Positions 24,151-33,789 of a stretch of DNA of 37,831 bases are shown piece after piece. The stretch comes from a virus (lineage: Duplodnaviria; Caudoviricetes). The notes beneath the pieces were generated by a model, which worked only from the letters and a program-made list of their open reading frames with translations, was not told where the DNA came from and did not search any database. Every line of letters begins with the position of its first letter. The first letter of the stretch is position 1. The DNA is taken from the IMG/VR virus record IMGVR_UViG_3300023116_000119, positions 1 through 37,831 of that record; one strand, written 5' to 3'. A program made the translations under genes and the position numbers.

Positions 24151-24878
24151 TGGCTGTAAATAAATGGACAGAAGATGAAATTAGAATCTTAGACCAATAC
24201 GAACGTACTGCTAAATCTGCATTTGTATTATATCAGGAAATTAGAAAGGCTGGATATAATAGAACGTATAAAGCAGTAACTAAAAAGATAGAAGCCTTAG
24301 GACTTCGTAAGCCTACAAGATATACTTCAGGTCATGATATCACTATTGGATACTTAGATATTGAAACTACTGGGTTTAGTGCTAATATTGATTTAATGTT
24401 ATCCTGGTGTCTTAAAGGTAGAGGAGTTAAGAAGGTTGAAGGTGCTTGGATTACTAAAGAAGAGCTAATGTCTGAAAAACAAGATGCACGTATCGTAGAG
24501 CTTCTAGTAGAAGAAATGAACAAGTATGATGTAATATTCACATATTATGGTACTAGGTTTGATATTCCTTTTATTAGAACAAGAGCTTTGTATCATGGAA
24601 CACACTTTCCAATGCATAAAACAAAATCACATAAAGACTTGTATTATGCTGTAAAGAGTAAACTAAAGTTACATCGCTCATCTTTGATGGCGGCAACAGA
24701 GTTCTTTGGTATTGCTGGTAAAACAAGAGTAAAACCAGAGCACTGGCAAAAAGCACGTTGGGGTGATGAAAAATCAATGAAGTATATTTATGAACACAAT
24801 GTTGCAGATGTAGAGATTTTAGAAAAACTACACAGAAAGATAGAAGACCATACACCACCACAGGTGAATGTACTATAG
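24150..24878 (+). CDS. DEDD/RNase H-like 3'-5' exonuclease with N-terminal helical DNA-binding-like domain
   Basis: YLDIETTG (Exo I), YYGTRFDIPFI (Exo II), HKDLY, HNVADV (Exo III); N-terminal KWTEDEIRIL. Confidence 0.85.
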   Translation: MAVNKWTEDEIRILDQYERTAKSAFVLYQEIRKAGYNRTYKAVTKKIEALGLRKPTRYTSGHDITIGYLDIETTGFSANIDLMLSWCLKGRGVKKVEGAWITKEELMSEKQDARIVELLVEEMNKYDVIFTYYGTRFDIPFIRTRALYHGTHFPMHKTKSHKDLYYAVKSKLKLHRSSLMAATEFFGIAGKTRVKPEHWQKARWGDEKSMKYIYEHNVADVEILEKLHRKIEDHTPPQVNVL

Positions 24879-24886
24879 GAGGAAAT

Positions 24887-25123
24887 ATGTCAAAAAAAGA
24901 ACAAAAGTTAAAAATAATGGATAATGGTAAGGAAATTGACTTTTACTTGTCTGAACTATCAGATGAAGCAAAAGCTCAATACAATCGTGCTAACGAACTT
25001 GCTGGTCAAATGATGAGATTAGACCAACAAGCAAACGAATTACGATTTCTTGCTAACAATTACATTCGTTTTGTTATTGACGAGCTAGACAACAAAGATG
25101 TTGACGACAAAGAGAAAAAATAA
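24887..25123 (+). CDS. Hypothetical coiled-coil protein
   Basis: 78 aa, AGGAGG RBS. Confidence 0.75.
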   Translation: MSKKEQKLKIMDNGKEIDFYLSELSDEAKAQYNRANELAGQMMRLDQQANELRFLANNYIRFVIDELDNKDVDDKEKK

Positions 25124-25130
25124 ATAAATT

Positions 25131-25889
25131 ATGAAAACTCGAGTCGTCAATAACATAACACATCGTTTATATGATAATATAGATGAATTTAGAGAATATC
25201 AACCAAATGTAAGTTTGGTAGAAGATTGGAGACACTCTAACAAAGGTGATTGGGTGTTATGTGATGATGGTCAGGTTTGTCAAGTATTGCATTTAGGTGT
25301 TCTTAAAAGAAAAGGAGCCAATACAAATACTTTTATTAGGACTGTTATTGGTTCCTTTGTCTGTAGTGAGTCTGTGAAAATGGATGGTGATATGAGGACA
25401 AACATGCATACGTTTGCAAAAGACGGAGAATCTCCTAGTGTAAGACGTAAAAAAAGAAAGAAAGCAAATGAAAAAGAGTTTTTGTTTGCATCTTACGTTG
25501 CAAAAGGAGATGATGTGGTAAAGGCATATATGAATGCTTTTCCAAGTAATAATGAAAAATACTCAGAACAACAAGCAAAAATGTTGTTAAAAACTGAAAG
25601 GGTACAGAACTTGATAAGAGAAGAAATAGATAAACACTTGCAAGAAGCTGAAATTACTCCAAAGTATCTTTTGGAAGAAATGAGAAATATTATAGACAAA
25701 CCTGATAGCAGTGATAGAGATAGACTATCTGCATTAAATACATTAATTAAAATAACAGGAATGTTAGATACAAGCAAAACTACAGAGACTGTAGCTTTAT
25801 TCCAAGGATTTTCAAAGGAGCAATTAGATGCAATTCAAGAATCGAAATACAAAAAGATATCAGAAAGCAGCAAAATTACTGAGAAGTAG
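25131..25889 (+). CDS. terS: Terminase small subunit with N-terminal extension
   Basis: C-terminal half KEFLFASYV...KAYMNAF...AKMLLK..RVQNLI...DRLSALNTLIKITGM fits TerS HTH/oligomerisation pattern; upstream of terL. Confidence 0.7.
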   Translation: MKTRVVNNITHRLYDNIDEFREYQPNVSLVEDWRHSNKGDWVLCDDGQVCQVLHLGVLKRKGANTNTFIRTVIGSFVCSESVKMDGDMRTNMHTFAKDGESPSVRRKKRKKANEKEFLFASYVAKGDDVVKAYMNAFPSNNEKYSEQQAKMLLKTERVQNLIREEIDKHLQEAEITPKYLLEEMRNIIDKPDSSDRDRLSALNTLIKITGMLDTSKTTETVALFQGFSKEQLDAIQESKYKKISESSKITEK

Positions 25890-26061
25890 AAAAACTAGAT
25901 GTATAATCTGCGATAGTAGAATTAGACTTACTGGTGTTTTAATGATGGATATAGCAAAGAATGATGTCAAAGGAATTAAGTGCATTGAGTGCATATCTGA
26001 ATATGATACTAACTTTAATATAAAGGAAATTGGTGTATGTCCACACAAAGGAATAGCATAA
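25828..26061 (+). CDS. Small zinc-finger protein
   Basis: CIIC...CIEC; start uncertain. Confidence 0.55.
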   Translation: MQFKNRNTKRYQKAAKLLRSRKTRCIICDSRIRLTGVLMMDIAKNDVKGIKCIECISEYDTNFNIKEIGVCPHKGIA

Positions 26062-26459
26062 TGAGATTAGCTGCATACGGAACATTAAGAAGAGGCGGCA
26101 TAGATATTGGTGTCATAGAAGGATTTAGTTTAGTATTTCCTGGAACACAATCTTTTCCAGCTATGATAAAGAATGAAAATGGAAAAGGAGTAGTTGTAGA
26201 ATTATTAGATGTTGATAAGGAAGACCTAAATGCTATGGATAGATATGAAAACGTAGAAGGCGGTCTTTATGTAAGAACAACTGCAAATGTGGAACTTTTA
26301 GATGGAACTAAAGAAAAAGCTTGGGTATATGTAGCTGGTCCTGTTTTATGGGAAAAGTCTAAAATATTTACAGAAGTTCCTGATGGAGATTGGTTTTCAG
26401 AAAAAACTGCAAAACTGCTAGGCAGAGTATATGAGCAAAAATTCAAAGAAGTCATTTAA
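26061..26459 (+). CDS. Gamma-glutamylcyclotransferase (AIG2-like/GGCT family)
   Basis: AAYGTLRRG, MDRYE...LYVR, AWVYV, GDW motifs; TAATG-coupled start 26061. Confidence 0.9.
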   Translation: MRLAAYGTLRRGGIDIGVIEGFSLVFPGTQSFPAMIKNENGKGVVVELLDVDKEDLNAMDRYENVEGGLYVRTTANVELLDGTKEKAWVYVAGPVLWEKSKIFTEVPDGDWFSEKTAKLLGRVYEQKFKEVI

Positions 26460-28011
26460 TATTATACCACCAGACCTTTCTCAAAAAGAAAAAGCTTTAG
26501 AGCTTGCTAAGAAAGATATAGTTACTTTTGGTCAAATGTTTTTACCAGAAGACTTTATGAAATCTACTCCTGCTCCATACCAGTACGAGTTAAGTGACTT
26601 ACTTCTTGGAGAAGATAAACGTATTTGTATAATATTACCTCGTGGTCATGCTAAGTCAACATTGGCTAAAACAGCTTTGTTATATCAGTTGTACTTTGCT
26701 CCACCAGAAAGAAAACAATTTATAGCTTGGGTATCAGAAGAACAATCTCAGGCTATTGACCATATTAAATATATACAAAATCACATCGATATGAACCCTG
26801 CATTACAATATTACTTTGGTGATTTAAAAGGTAGTAAGTGGACAGAAAAAGAATTTACTACTGCAAGAGGAGATAGAATCATTGCAAAAGGTACATCTCA
26901 ACGTTTACGTGGTCGTTCTCAATTAGGGTTAAGATATACAAATATTATTCTTGATGACTTTGAATCAGAATTAAATACGAAAACACCAGAAAGAAGAAGA
27001 GAGATTAAAGAATGGGTAATGTCAACAGTAGAACCCGCTTTGGAAAACTCAAAAGAAAATGAAGGTTCTATATGGCTTATTGGAACAATAGTTCATTATG
27101 ATTCATTTCTACAAGGAGTTTATGATGGGTCTATAAAAGCTGAAAAAGAGAATAGAAAGTCTGCTTGGAATGTATTATATAAAAAAGCAATTGTAGATGG
27201 TATACCATTATGGCCTAACTATTTTACCAAAGAAAAGCTTGATGATATTAAAAGAAGATTTAGTGAGATGGGACTTTTGCATAAGTTCGCTCAAGAATAC
27301 CAAAACGAAGCCCGAGACGCTGACAGTGCAAAATTCCACATTGACAGATTGAACTATTATGAGGGTGAATTAGTTTCAAAAAATAATTTTAATTATATGA
27401 TGATTGATGAAGCTGCTATACCAGTAAATGTATATATGGGAGTTGACTTGGCTTATGAAGCAAATGCTAGAAGTGACTATCAAGTTATTGTTACTATTGC
27501 TATGGATAAGAATAGAAATGTATATTTAGTTGACTATTATAGAGAACATTCTCCTTTATATGATATGCCAAATAGAATTATTAAATATGCTAAAATGTAT
27601 CACCCAGTAAGAAGAGTTAATGTTGAAAAGGTTGGTGCACAAGGATTAATTAAAGATTATGTAAATCAACTTTCTGGAACAGACAGAAAGCTTGCACCTG
27701 GATTAGCACAAGGTGTTAGACCTCCTAATGGTATTAAAAAAGAAGACAGATTAGAAGCTTTATTATGTCCTATAGTAAATAGTAGAAAATTATATATTAA
27801 AAAAGAACATGCAGAATTAGTAGATGAGATGTTCGAGTTTCCAAAAGGTAAAAATGATGACCTTCTAGATGGTTTGTGGTATAGTGTTACTACTGCAAAG
27901 CCTCCAAAAAGCTCTGCAATGGATATAGATAAGTTCAACGAAAACTCGGAAAAAGGCCCAGATATAGGCGTAAAACGAGCGATTTCTTGGATTACTGGGC
28001 AAAAAACATAA
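26431..28011 (+). CDS. terL: Terminase large subunit
   Basis: Walker A PRGHAKST, Walker B IILDDFE, IGT motif, FAQEYQN, nuclease GVDLA...SDY...NDDLLD. Confidence 0.95.
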   Translation: MSKNSKKSFNIIPPDLSQKEKALELAKKDIVTFGQMFLPEDFMKSTPAPYQYELSDLLLGEDKRICIILPRGHAKSTLAKTALLYQLYFAPPERKQFIAWVSEEQSQAIDHIKYIQNHIDMNPALQYYFGDLKGSKWTEKEFTTARGDRIIAKGTSQRLRGRSQLGLRYTNIILDDFESELNTKTPERRREIKEWVMSTVEPALENSKENEGSIWLIGTIVHYDSFLQGVYDGSIKAEKENRKSAWNVLYKKAIVDGIPLWPNYFTKEKLDDIKRRFSEMGLLHKFAQEYQNEARDADSAKFHIDRLNYYEGELVSKNNFNYMMIDEAAIPVNVYMGVDLAYEANARSDYQVIVTIAMDKNRNVYLVDYYREHSPLYDMPNRIIKYAKMYHPVRRVNVEKVGAQGLIKDYVNQLSGTDRKLAPGLAQGVRPPNGIKKEDRLEALLCPIVNSRKLYIKKEHAELVDEMFEFPKGKNDDLLDGLWYSVTTAKPPKSSAMDIDKFNENSEKGPDIGVKRAISWITGQKT

Positions 28012-28018
28012 TAATATC

Positions 28019-28048
28019 TTGACACAAGTAAAAAAATAATAGTATTTT
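28019..28048 (+). promoter_or_regulatory. Promoter TTGACA-N18-TATTTT for head genes
   Basis: Same hexamers and spacing as the promoter at 368. Confidence 0.65.
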
Positions 28049-28077
28049 TCTTATAAAATTTAAATTGGGAGAATACT

Positions 28078-30045
28078 ATCAATTACGACGACAACAAATC
28101 AAAACCTCAAATTACAAAAGATTTGTTTAGAAGATGGCGAGATGCTAGAGAAACATGGGATGTTGAAGCTAGAAACGCTGTTGATTTTGTATTAGGAAAT
28201 CATTACACTTCAGACGAATCAGATGCATTACAATCTGTTGGACAAGCAGATTTTGTTATTGACAGAGTATATGCAGCTGTAGATAAATTAAAATCACTTC
28301 TTACTTCTAAACCAGCTAGATTTATGGCTATTGGCAGAGAAGATTCAGATAATAGGCTTGCTAATGTTTGGAGTGGTATATTAGAATATGTATGGGATAT
28401 ATCAAAAGGTGATACTGTATTTAAACAAGTAGTTCATGACTATGCAGTAACAGGTCTTGGATATATGTATGTTTATGTTGACCCAGAAGACGATTTCGGA
28501 CGAGGCGAAGTAAAGTATACTCACATAGACCCTTTTAGAGTTTATGTAGACCCAGCTTCTAGAGATAGATATTTTAGAGATGCTTCTGGTATTATTATGT
28601 CAACATATCTTACCAGAGAACAATTAATTAATTTATATCCACAAATAAAAGATATTGTTGATGATATTGAAGTTGGAGCAAATAGTTTATATGGAGAAGA
28701 CTATCCAAGTTCTAATTTAAAAAATAGTAATCAAGTATTTACTCCAGATGAAGCAAAAGATTTAGACTATCTTGTAAATCAAAAATATCAAATATTAGAT
28801 AGATTTTATAAATTAAAAGTTCCATACTACAGATTATTTAGTGTAGTTGATGGACAAGAAAAAGTAGTTGATATTGAAAAATACAATTTACTTCTAGAAG
28901 ATGAAGAAGTAGCAAATGCTATAGAAACAGGACAGTTAGAAGTAACTGAAATACAACAAACAAGAATTGCTCACTGCTCAAGTGTTGGTGATACATTATT
29001 ATTTGAGCGTATTCTAAACACTGACATATATCCGATTATTCCATTTTCTAACATATGGACAAATACTCCCTATCCAAAATCGGACGTGAACAAGGTTAAA
29101 GACTCTCAAAGGCTTTTAAATAAGTTATTCTCTTTGACCTTGTCACACGCTCAATCAGCAGCTGGGCTTAAGTTATTGGTTCCTGAAGGCAGTGTGGACA
29201 ATATTAGCCAATTAGAAAAAGACTGGGCTAATCCAAATGCGGTTATAGAATATAACCCAGAATTTGGTAATCCATACTTTCCTCAACCAGCTCCGCTCAC
29301 CAGTGAATTTTATTATCTTATAGATAGAGTGGAGAAATATATAGATTTAAATTTTGGTATACCTGAATTATTACAAGGGTTCCAGGATAAAGCACCAGAC
29401 TCTGTAAGAGGAACTATGCTTATATCACAAATGGGTGAATCTAGAGGTAAATCAAAATTAAGAGATATTGAAGGAAGTTTATCAATGGTAGGAAAGGTTG
29501 TTTATAATCTTTGTAAAGACCATTATGACTTTGAAAAGAAAATTAAGATTGTACAATCTAATAACAACTTAACAGAGTTTACTATTAATAATAGATTGTA
29601 TGATGATAAAAGATTGGAAATCTTGTCCATTGAAAATGATATTTCATTAGGACAACATGATATCCGAGTAGTATCAGGCTCAACGTTACCTAGCAACAAG
29701 CAAGTAGAATATAACACTTACCTTGAAGCTTATAAACTTGGTCTGGTAGATGATGTCGAGGTTTTAAAGAAAACTGAAATCTTTGACAAAGAAGGTGTTC
29801 TTCAAAGAAAAGGACGTATGGCTCAAATGCAATCCTACATAGCACAACTTGAAAATCAAGTAAAGAAACTTTCAGGAGACTTGCAGACAGCAGATAGAGA
29901 AATGGTTAATGCTCGTAAGAGAGTAGAAACTGAGAAGTTCAAATCTAGGCTGAATGAAGTTATCCAAGATACGAAAGTTAAAGAAAGAGGAAAGCTACAA
30001 GACTTAGGAAGAGCAATTGACAATATGTCCGATGATGAAGGATAA
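28078..30045 (+). CDS. Portal protein (podovirus/P22-like); start ATC 28078 or TTG 28123
   Basis: ~650 aa after terL; DPFRVYVDP, YPIIPF, VKDSQRLLNK motifs, C-terminal coiled-coil barrel. Confidence 0.9.
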   Translation: MNYDDNKSKPQITKDLFRRWRDARETWDVEARNAVDFVLGNHYTSDESDALQSVGQADFVIDRVYAAVDKLKSLLTSKPARFMAIGREDSDNRLANVWSGILEYVWDISKGDTVFKQVVHDYAVTGLGYMYVYVDPEDDFGRGEVKYTHIDPFRVYVDPASRDRYFRDASGIIMSTYLTREQLINLYPQIKDIVDDIEVGANSLYGEDYPSSNLKNSNQVFTPDEAKDLDYLVNQKYQILDRFYKLKVPYYRLFSVVDGQEKVVDIEKYNLLLEDEEVANAIETGQLEVTEIQQTRIAHCSSVGDTLLFERILNTDIYPIIPFSNIWTNTPYPKSDVNKVKDSQRLLNKLFSLTLSHAQSAAGLKLLVPEGSVDNISQLEKDWANPNAVIEYNPEFGNPYFPQPAPLTSEFYYLIDRVEKYIDLNFGIPELLQGFQDKAPDSVRGTMLISQMGESRGKSKLRDIEGSLSMVGKVVYNLCKDHYDFEKKIKIVQSNNNLTEFTINNRLYDDKRLEILSIENDISLGQHDIRVVSGSTLPSNKQVEYNTYLEAYKLGLVDDVEVLKKTEIFDKEGVLQRKGRMAQMQSYIAQLENQVKKLSGDLQTADREMVNARKRVETEKFKSRLNEVIQDTKVKERGKLQDLGRAIDNMSDDEG

Positions 30046-30104
30046 TAAGTAAAACGAGACGGTTCTGCATTATTAAATGAAATCGTCGGAAGGAAAAGTA
30101 AAAA

Positions 30105-30872
30105 ATGGCAAATGAACAAGAAAACCAACAGGTTGAACAGGTAGACCCAATTGTTGCAGGAGCTGCTGGAACTGAGTCAACTATTTCAGTAGAAGAGCAA
30201 CCAGCTGAAGGTGAAGAAACATCTGAAGCGGTTGATTGGGAAGCAGAAGCAAAAAAGTTTCAATCAATGTATGATAAAAAAACAGCTGAATATGAAAACT
30301 TTAACAAAGAAGCTCAAGAGCTTTATCAGTTAAAAAATCTATTAGCTGAAAGACCAGACGTTGTGCAAGCTATGGAATCTGTTCTTAGTGGACAATCTGC
30401 TGAGGCACAAAAGAGCAACGACGAAATCGTAAGTCAAGAATCTTTTGACCCTTGGGATGCTTATTACAAGCCAGACTCTCCATCCTACAAAATGAGGGTG
30501 CAAAGAGAAACTGAGCTTGTACACAAAACAGTTGACCAAGAACTTGGTAAACTGCAGCAGGCTATGGCAGTAAATAATTTAAAAAGTGAGTTAAAGTCTA
30601 GACATAAAATGTCTGACTATGAAGCTGAAGACTTTATTCAGTTTGCTACTACACCAAGAGGTGACTTACCAATCGATACTCTTATCAAAGTATATAGAGA
30701 AAGAGATGGTAGAAAAGTAAACGAAAACAAGAAAGCAGTTGAAAAAGCTCAAAGTATTCCTCAATCGGCCGGAGTACTCCAAGGTGCAGAGCCACCACAA
30801 AAAGGAGAAAAAGACCAAGTGTGGGATAGAATTATGAATGCTGGTAGCATAGGAAGAATAGCAAAAAAGTAA
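30105..30872 (+). CDS. Capsid scaffolding protein
   Basis: Acidic N-terminus, FQSMYDK coiled coil, between portal and capsid. Confidence 0.75.
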   Translation: MANEQENQQVEQVDPIVAGAAGTESTISVEEQPAEGEETSEAVDWEAEAKKFQSMYDKKTAEYENFNKEAQELYQLKNLLAERPDVVQAMESVLSGQSAEAQKSNDEIVSQESFDPWDAYYKPDSPSYKMRVQRETELVHKTVDQELGKLQQAMAVNNLKSELKSRHKMSDYEAEDFIQFATTPRGDLPIDTLIKVYRERDGRKVNENKKAVEKAQSIPQSAGVLQGAEPPQKGEKDQVWDRIMNAGSIGRIAKK

Positions 30873-30887
30873 ATTTAGGAGAAAAAA

Positions 30888-32258
30888 ATGGCTTTTAATC
30901 AAGGACAACTAAAGTCATCACAGATTACTGCTGCTGCAGCTAACGCTGGTGTGGGTCAGGCCCCAGACCAAAGAAGGCTGTACGACTTTTCTGATAGAGT
31001 TTCAGAACTTATGCCAGAAGAGTCACCATTTTTCGTCTACCTAAGTCAAGTTTCTAAAGTTGCTACAGATGATTCTGTATTTCGTTTCTTAGAAAACAGA
31101 ACAGGTATTAACTACACATCTCGTAACTTTAGTTTGGCTGCGGACGTAAATGGCGGTAGTGCTGTATCTGCGGGCTCTGTCTACGATTTTACAATCGATG
31201 ATGGAGCAGGAGCTGGAATTGGCTTCGTTACCAAAGGTATGGTAGTAGCAGTGAAAACTGTTGACGACACAAACGGTTATGGACAAGCGTTAGTTAGAGT
31301 TGAGTCAGCACCTAATGTACAAACAGCATCAACTACCTTCTCAGGTAGAGTTATTGATGTGTCAAATTCAAGCGTATCAGGATACAATGTTTTATCAGAT
31401 AATGATGAAGCACAAATCGTTGGTACATCATTTGAAGAAGGAACAGGTTCACCTGATACTTTCTCAGATACAATTGAAGATGACTATGGGTATACTCAAA
31501 TCTTTAAAACAGCTTGTGAATTAACTAACACAGCAATAGCTACAAGATATCGTGGCTATGAGAATGAATTCGATAGAATTTGGGCTCAAAAATTACGTGA
31601 ACACAAAGTAGACATCGAAAGAGCTATGCTTTTCGGTCAAAAAGCTCGTGTTAACGGAGTACAATACACTGAAGGTCTTGTTGGACACATTGTAAAAAAT
31701 GTTGCTCCAGTAACTGACAATTCAGCATTTTCATATTCATCAGGTGCGCCTTATTACAGAAGTGTAACTCAGGCTGAATTAACTTATGATAGATTACTTG
31801 CTGACTTAGAGGTTATATTTGACCCTGCAAGAGGCGGTTCAGGTGAAAGACTTGTATTAGCTTCATTGCCAGTAATTACATTCTTTAACAAAATGGGCGA
31901 CGGTGCTTTCATTGATGCTTCTATAGGTCAATCATCTACTCCATTTAGAGTAAACATGAACAATGTACAAGGTAACTTCGGTCACCAGTTAATGGAAATT
32001 AACACTGTACACGGTTCTATGTACTTAGTGAAAGAACCTCTATTTAGAGGTATTGCAAGTGGCTTCATGCTTATGGCTGATATGTCTAAATTAGCATACA
32101 GACCATTAGTTGGAAACGGAATTAATCGTGATACTCAAATCATGACAAACGTACAAAATGCGGATGAGGATTTAAGAAAAGACATGATTATGACCGAAGC
32201 TGGTCTTGAAATCACACTTCCAGAATGTCATGCTCTATACAACGTGGAGGGATTATAA
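30888..32258 (+). CDS. Major capsid protein
   Basis: 456 aa; PEESPF, GYTQIFKT, EHKVDIERAMLFG, TEAGLE motifs; biased codon usage of a highly expressed gene. Confidence 0.9.
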   Translation: MAFNQGQLKSSQITAAAANAGVGQAPDQRRLYDFSDRVSELMPEESPFFVYLSQVSKVATDDSVFRFLENRTGINYTSRNFSLAADVNGGSAVSAGSVYDFTIDDGAGAGIGFVTKGMVVAVKTVDDTNGYGQALVRVESAPNVQTASTTFSGRVIDVSNSSVSGYNVLSDNDEAQIVGTSFEEGTGSPDTFSDTIEDDYGYTQIFKTACELTNTAIATRYRGYENEFDRIWAQKLREHKVDIERAMLFGQKARVNGVQYTEGLVGHIVKNVAPVTDNSAFSYSSGAPYYRSVTQAELTYDRLLADLEVIFDPARGGSGERLVLASLPVITFFNKMGDGAFIDASIGQSSTPFRVNMNNVQGNFGHQLMEINTVHGSMYLVKEPLFRGIASGFMLMADMSKLAYRPLVGNGINRDTQIMTNVQNADEDLRKDMIMTEAGLEITLPECHALYNVEGL

Positions 32259-32259
32259 G

Positions 32260-32700
32260 ATGGCAAGAGGTAGTATATTAGAAAAAAATAGCGGTAATGG
32301 TGGATATTTATTACCAGTTGAAAAAGTAACTGCAGCTAAAACTTTAGATGCAGTTAAAGATAGTGGCAAGGTTTTAGTTGTCGCTAACGCTGGTAGTGCA
32401 TATGAAATCACTTTACCTACAACTTTAGAAGTTGGAACTCAGTATAAACTAATCTTTGAAGATTCACCAAATGCAGCAGTCACTATTGCAGCTGGCTCAG
32501 CAATTCTGTTTGGTAAAATCGCAGAAGGTGAAGTTGATACTAGCGATGATGCACCAGGTTCAGCAGGTGCTACAGGTGTTTCAAATGTAATTTTTGGAAC
32601 AACTACCGATGAAGGTGACCACATTGACATCGTTTGCGATGGTACAAAATGGTACTTCAATGGTATGACAGCCGTAGACGGAGCTGTAACAACATCATAA
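32260..32700 (+). CDS. Putative capsid decoration / minor head protein
   Basis: KTLDAVKDSGK...ITLP...GD.IDIVCDGTKWY; directly after the MCP; GGAGG RBS. Confidence 0.6.
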   Translation: MARGSILEKNSGNGGYLLPVEKVTAAKTLDAVKDSGKVLVVANAGSAYEITLPTTLEVGTQYKLIFEDSPNAAVTIAAGSAILFGKIAEGEVDTSDDAPGSAGATGVSNVIFGTTTDEGDHIDIVCDGTKWYFNGMTAVDGAVTTS

Positions 32701-32707
32701 TAGTTAT

Positions 32708-32746
32708 TAGGTACTATGGAGTGGGCTAGTCCCACTCCGAAACCTA
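32708..32746 (+). terminator. Strong hairpin after capsid genes (terminator or mRNA stabiliser)
   Basis: ggagtggg-ctagt-cccactcc with outer taggt/accta; no immediate U tract. Confidence 0.55.
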
Positions 32747-32774
32747 TAAAGAATTTTAATTAATAGGAGATAAA

Positions 32775-32972
32775 ATGGCAAATTACAATGTAGTAACTAA
32801 GATTATTATTGGAAATCTAAGCCCAGACGCTGATTCTGTATCTGGTTCTTTAGCTAAAGAAATTACAGATTATATTGAAACACTAGATGATTCTACTGGA
32901 GCAATTATAGACATACAAGCTACAGAGCTTGACAGAGGTAGAATTGCATATATTATAGTTCATAAAGGATAA
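32775..32972 (+). CDS. Hypothetical protein
   Basis: 65 aa, AGGAGA RBS. Confidence 0.75.
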   Translation: MANYNVVTKIIIGNLSPDADSVSGSLAKEITDYIETLDDSTGAIIDIQATELDRGRIAYIIVHKG

Positions 32973-33226
32973 TGGCTAACTGTCAACATTGTAGTGAGCC
33001 TAACCCAGAAGGATACTTTAATTGTCCTTCATGTGGGTTAAGAGCAGCTCCTAATAAATGGAATACGAATTTTGTTATTAGAGAAAACAACTCAATGGCA
33101 AGAGCTATTCGTACAGACCAAATAGATTTTAATACTTTGTCTATGGAAGACAGTATGAAAAAAATGAAAGAAAGCGCAAGTAAACAAAAACCTGCACCAA
33201 GCGGGAAAGGTATAAGGGTAATGTAA
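32972..33226 (+). CDS. Zinc-ribbon protein
   Basis: CQHC...CPSCG. Confidence 0.75.
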   Translation: MANCQHCSEPNPEGYFNCPSCGLRAAPNKWNTNFVIRENNSMARAIRTDQIDFNTLSMEDSMKKMKESASKQKPAPSGKGIRVM

Positions 33227-33348
33227 TGCCAATGGTAGGAAAGAAAAAATTTTCATATACGAAAGCTGGAAAAAAGAAAGCAAAAGCTTATGCTAAAAAA
33301 ACTGGAAAGAAGATGAGCAATGCCAAGAAAAAAAGCTACAAAAAGTAA
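33226..33348 (+). CDS. 40-aa Lys-rich peptide (MPMVGKKKFSYTKAGKKKAKAYAKK...), absent from ORF track
   Basis: TAATG-coupled start, open frame to TAA 33348. Confidence 0.65.
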   Translation: MPMVGKKKFSYTKAGKKKAKAYAKKTGKKMSNAKKKSYKK

Positions 33349-33508
33349 GACTACTAGAAAAAAAGGTAGTCCAACACCAACAAATAAAGCTTTATATTCT
33401 AGGGTAAAAGCAGCAGCAAAACGCAAATTTGATGTATATCCTTCTGCTTATGCCAATGCTTGGTTAGTTAAAGAATATAAAAAACGTGGTGGAAAGTACA
33501 GAGCATAA
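33320..33508 (+). CDS. Basic protein resembling the N-terminal half of DUF5872-like proteins
   Basis: PTNKALYSRVK...PSAYANAWLVKEYKKRGGKY. Confidence 0.7.
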   Translation: MPRKKATKSKTTRKKGSPTPTNKALYSRVKAAAKRKFDVYPSAYANAWLVKEYKKRGGKYRA

Positions 33509-33789
33509 TGGCATATCAAGGTGGACTTAGAAAGTGGTTTAAAGAAGACTGGGTTGATATTGGTTCTAAAAAAAAGAAAGGTAAATATCAAAAATGTGGT
33601 CGTAAGTCTGCCAAGGGTAGTAAAAGAAAATACCCTAAATGTGTTCCAGCTGCTAAAGCTAGAACAATGAGCGAAGCAGAAAAAAGAAGTGCAGTAAAAA
33701 GAAAAAGAGCAAGAGCTCAAGGAGTTGGTGGAAAACCAACAAATGTTGCTACTTTTGCTAAAAGAAGTAGAAAGGCAAGAAGAGGGTAA
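33508..33789 (+). CDS. Basic protein resembling the C-terminal half of DUF5872-like proteins
   Basis: GLRKWFKEDWVD...CGR...YPKCVP. Confidence 0.7.
   Translation: MAYQGGLRKWFKEDWVDIGSKKKKGKYQKCGRKSAKGSKRKYPKCVPAAKARTMSEAEKRSAVKRKRARAQGVGGKPTNVATFAKRSRKARRG

Noticed and set aside
23598-24878. DNA hypermodification cluster (DUF1599-like plus exonuclease)
   Set aside because: No base-modifying enzymes, kinases or polymerase visible; these two genes alone are common in phages
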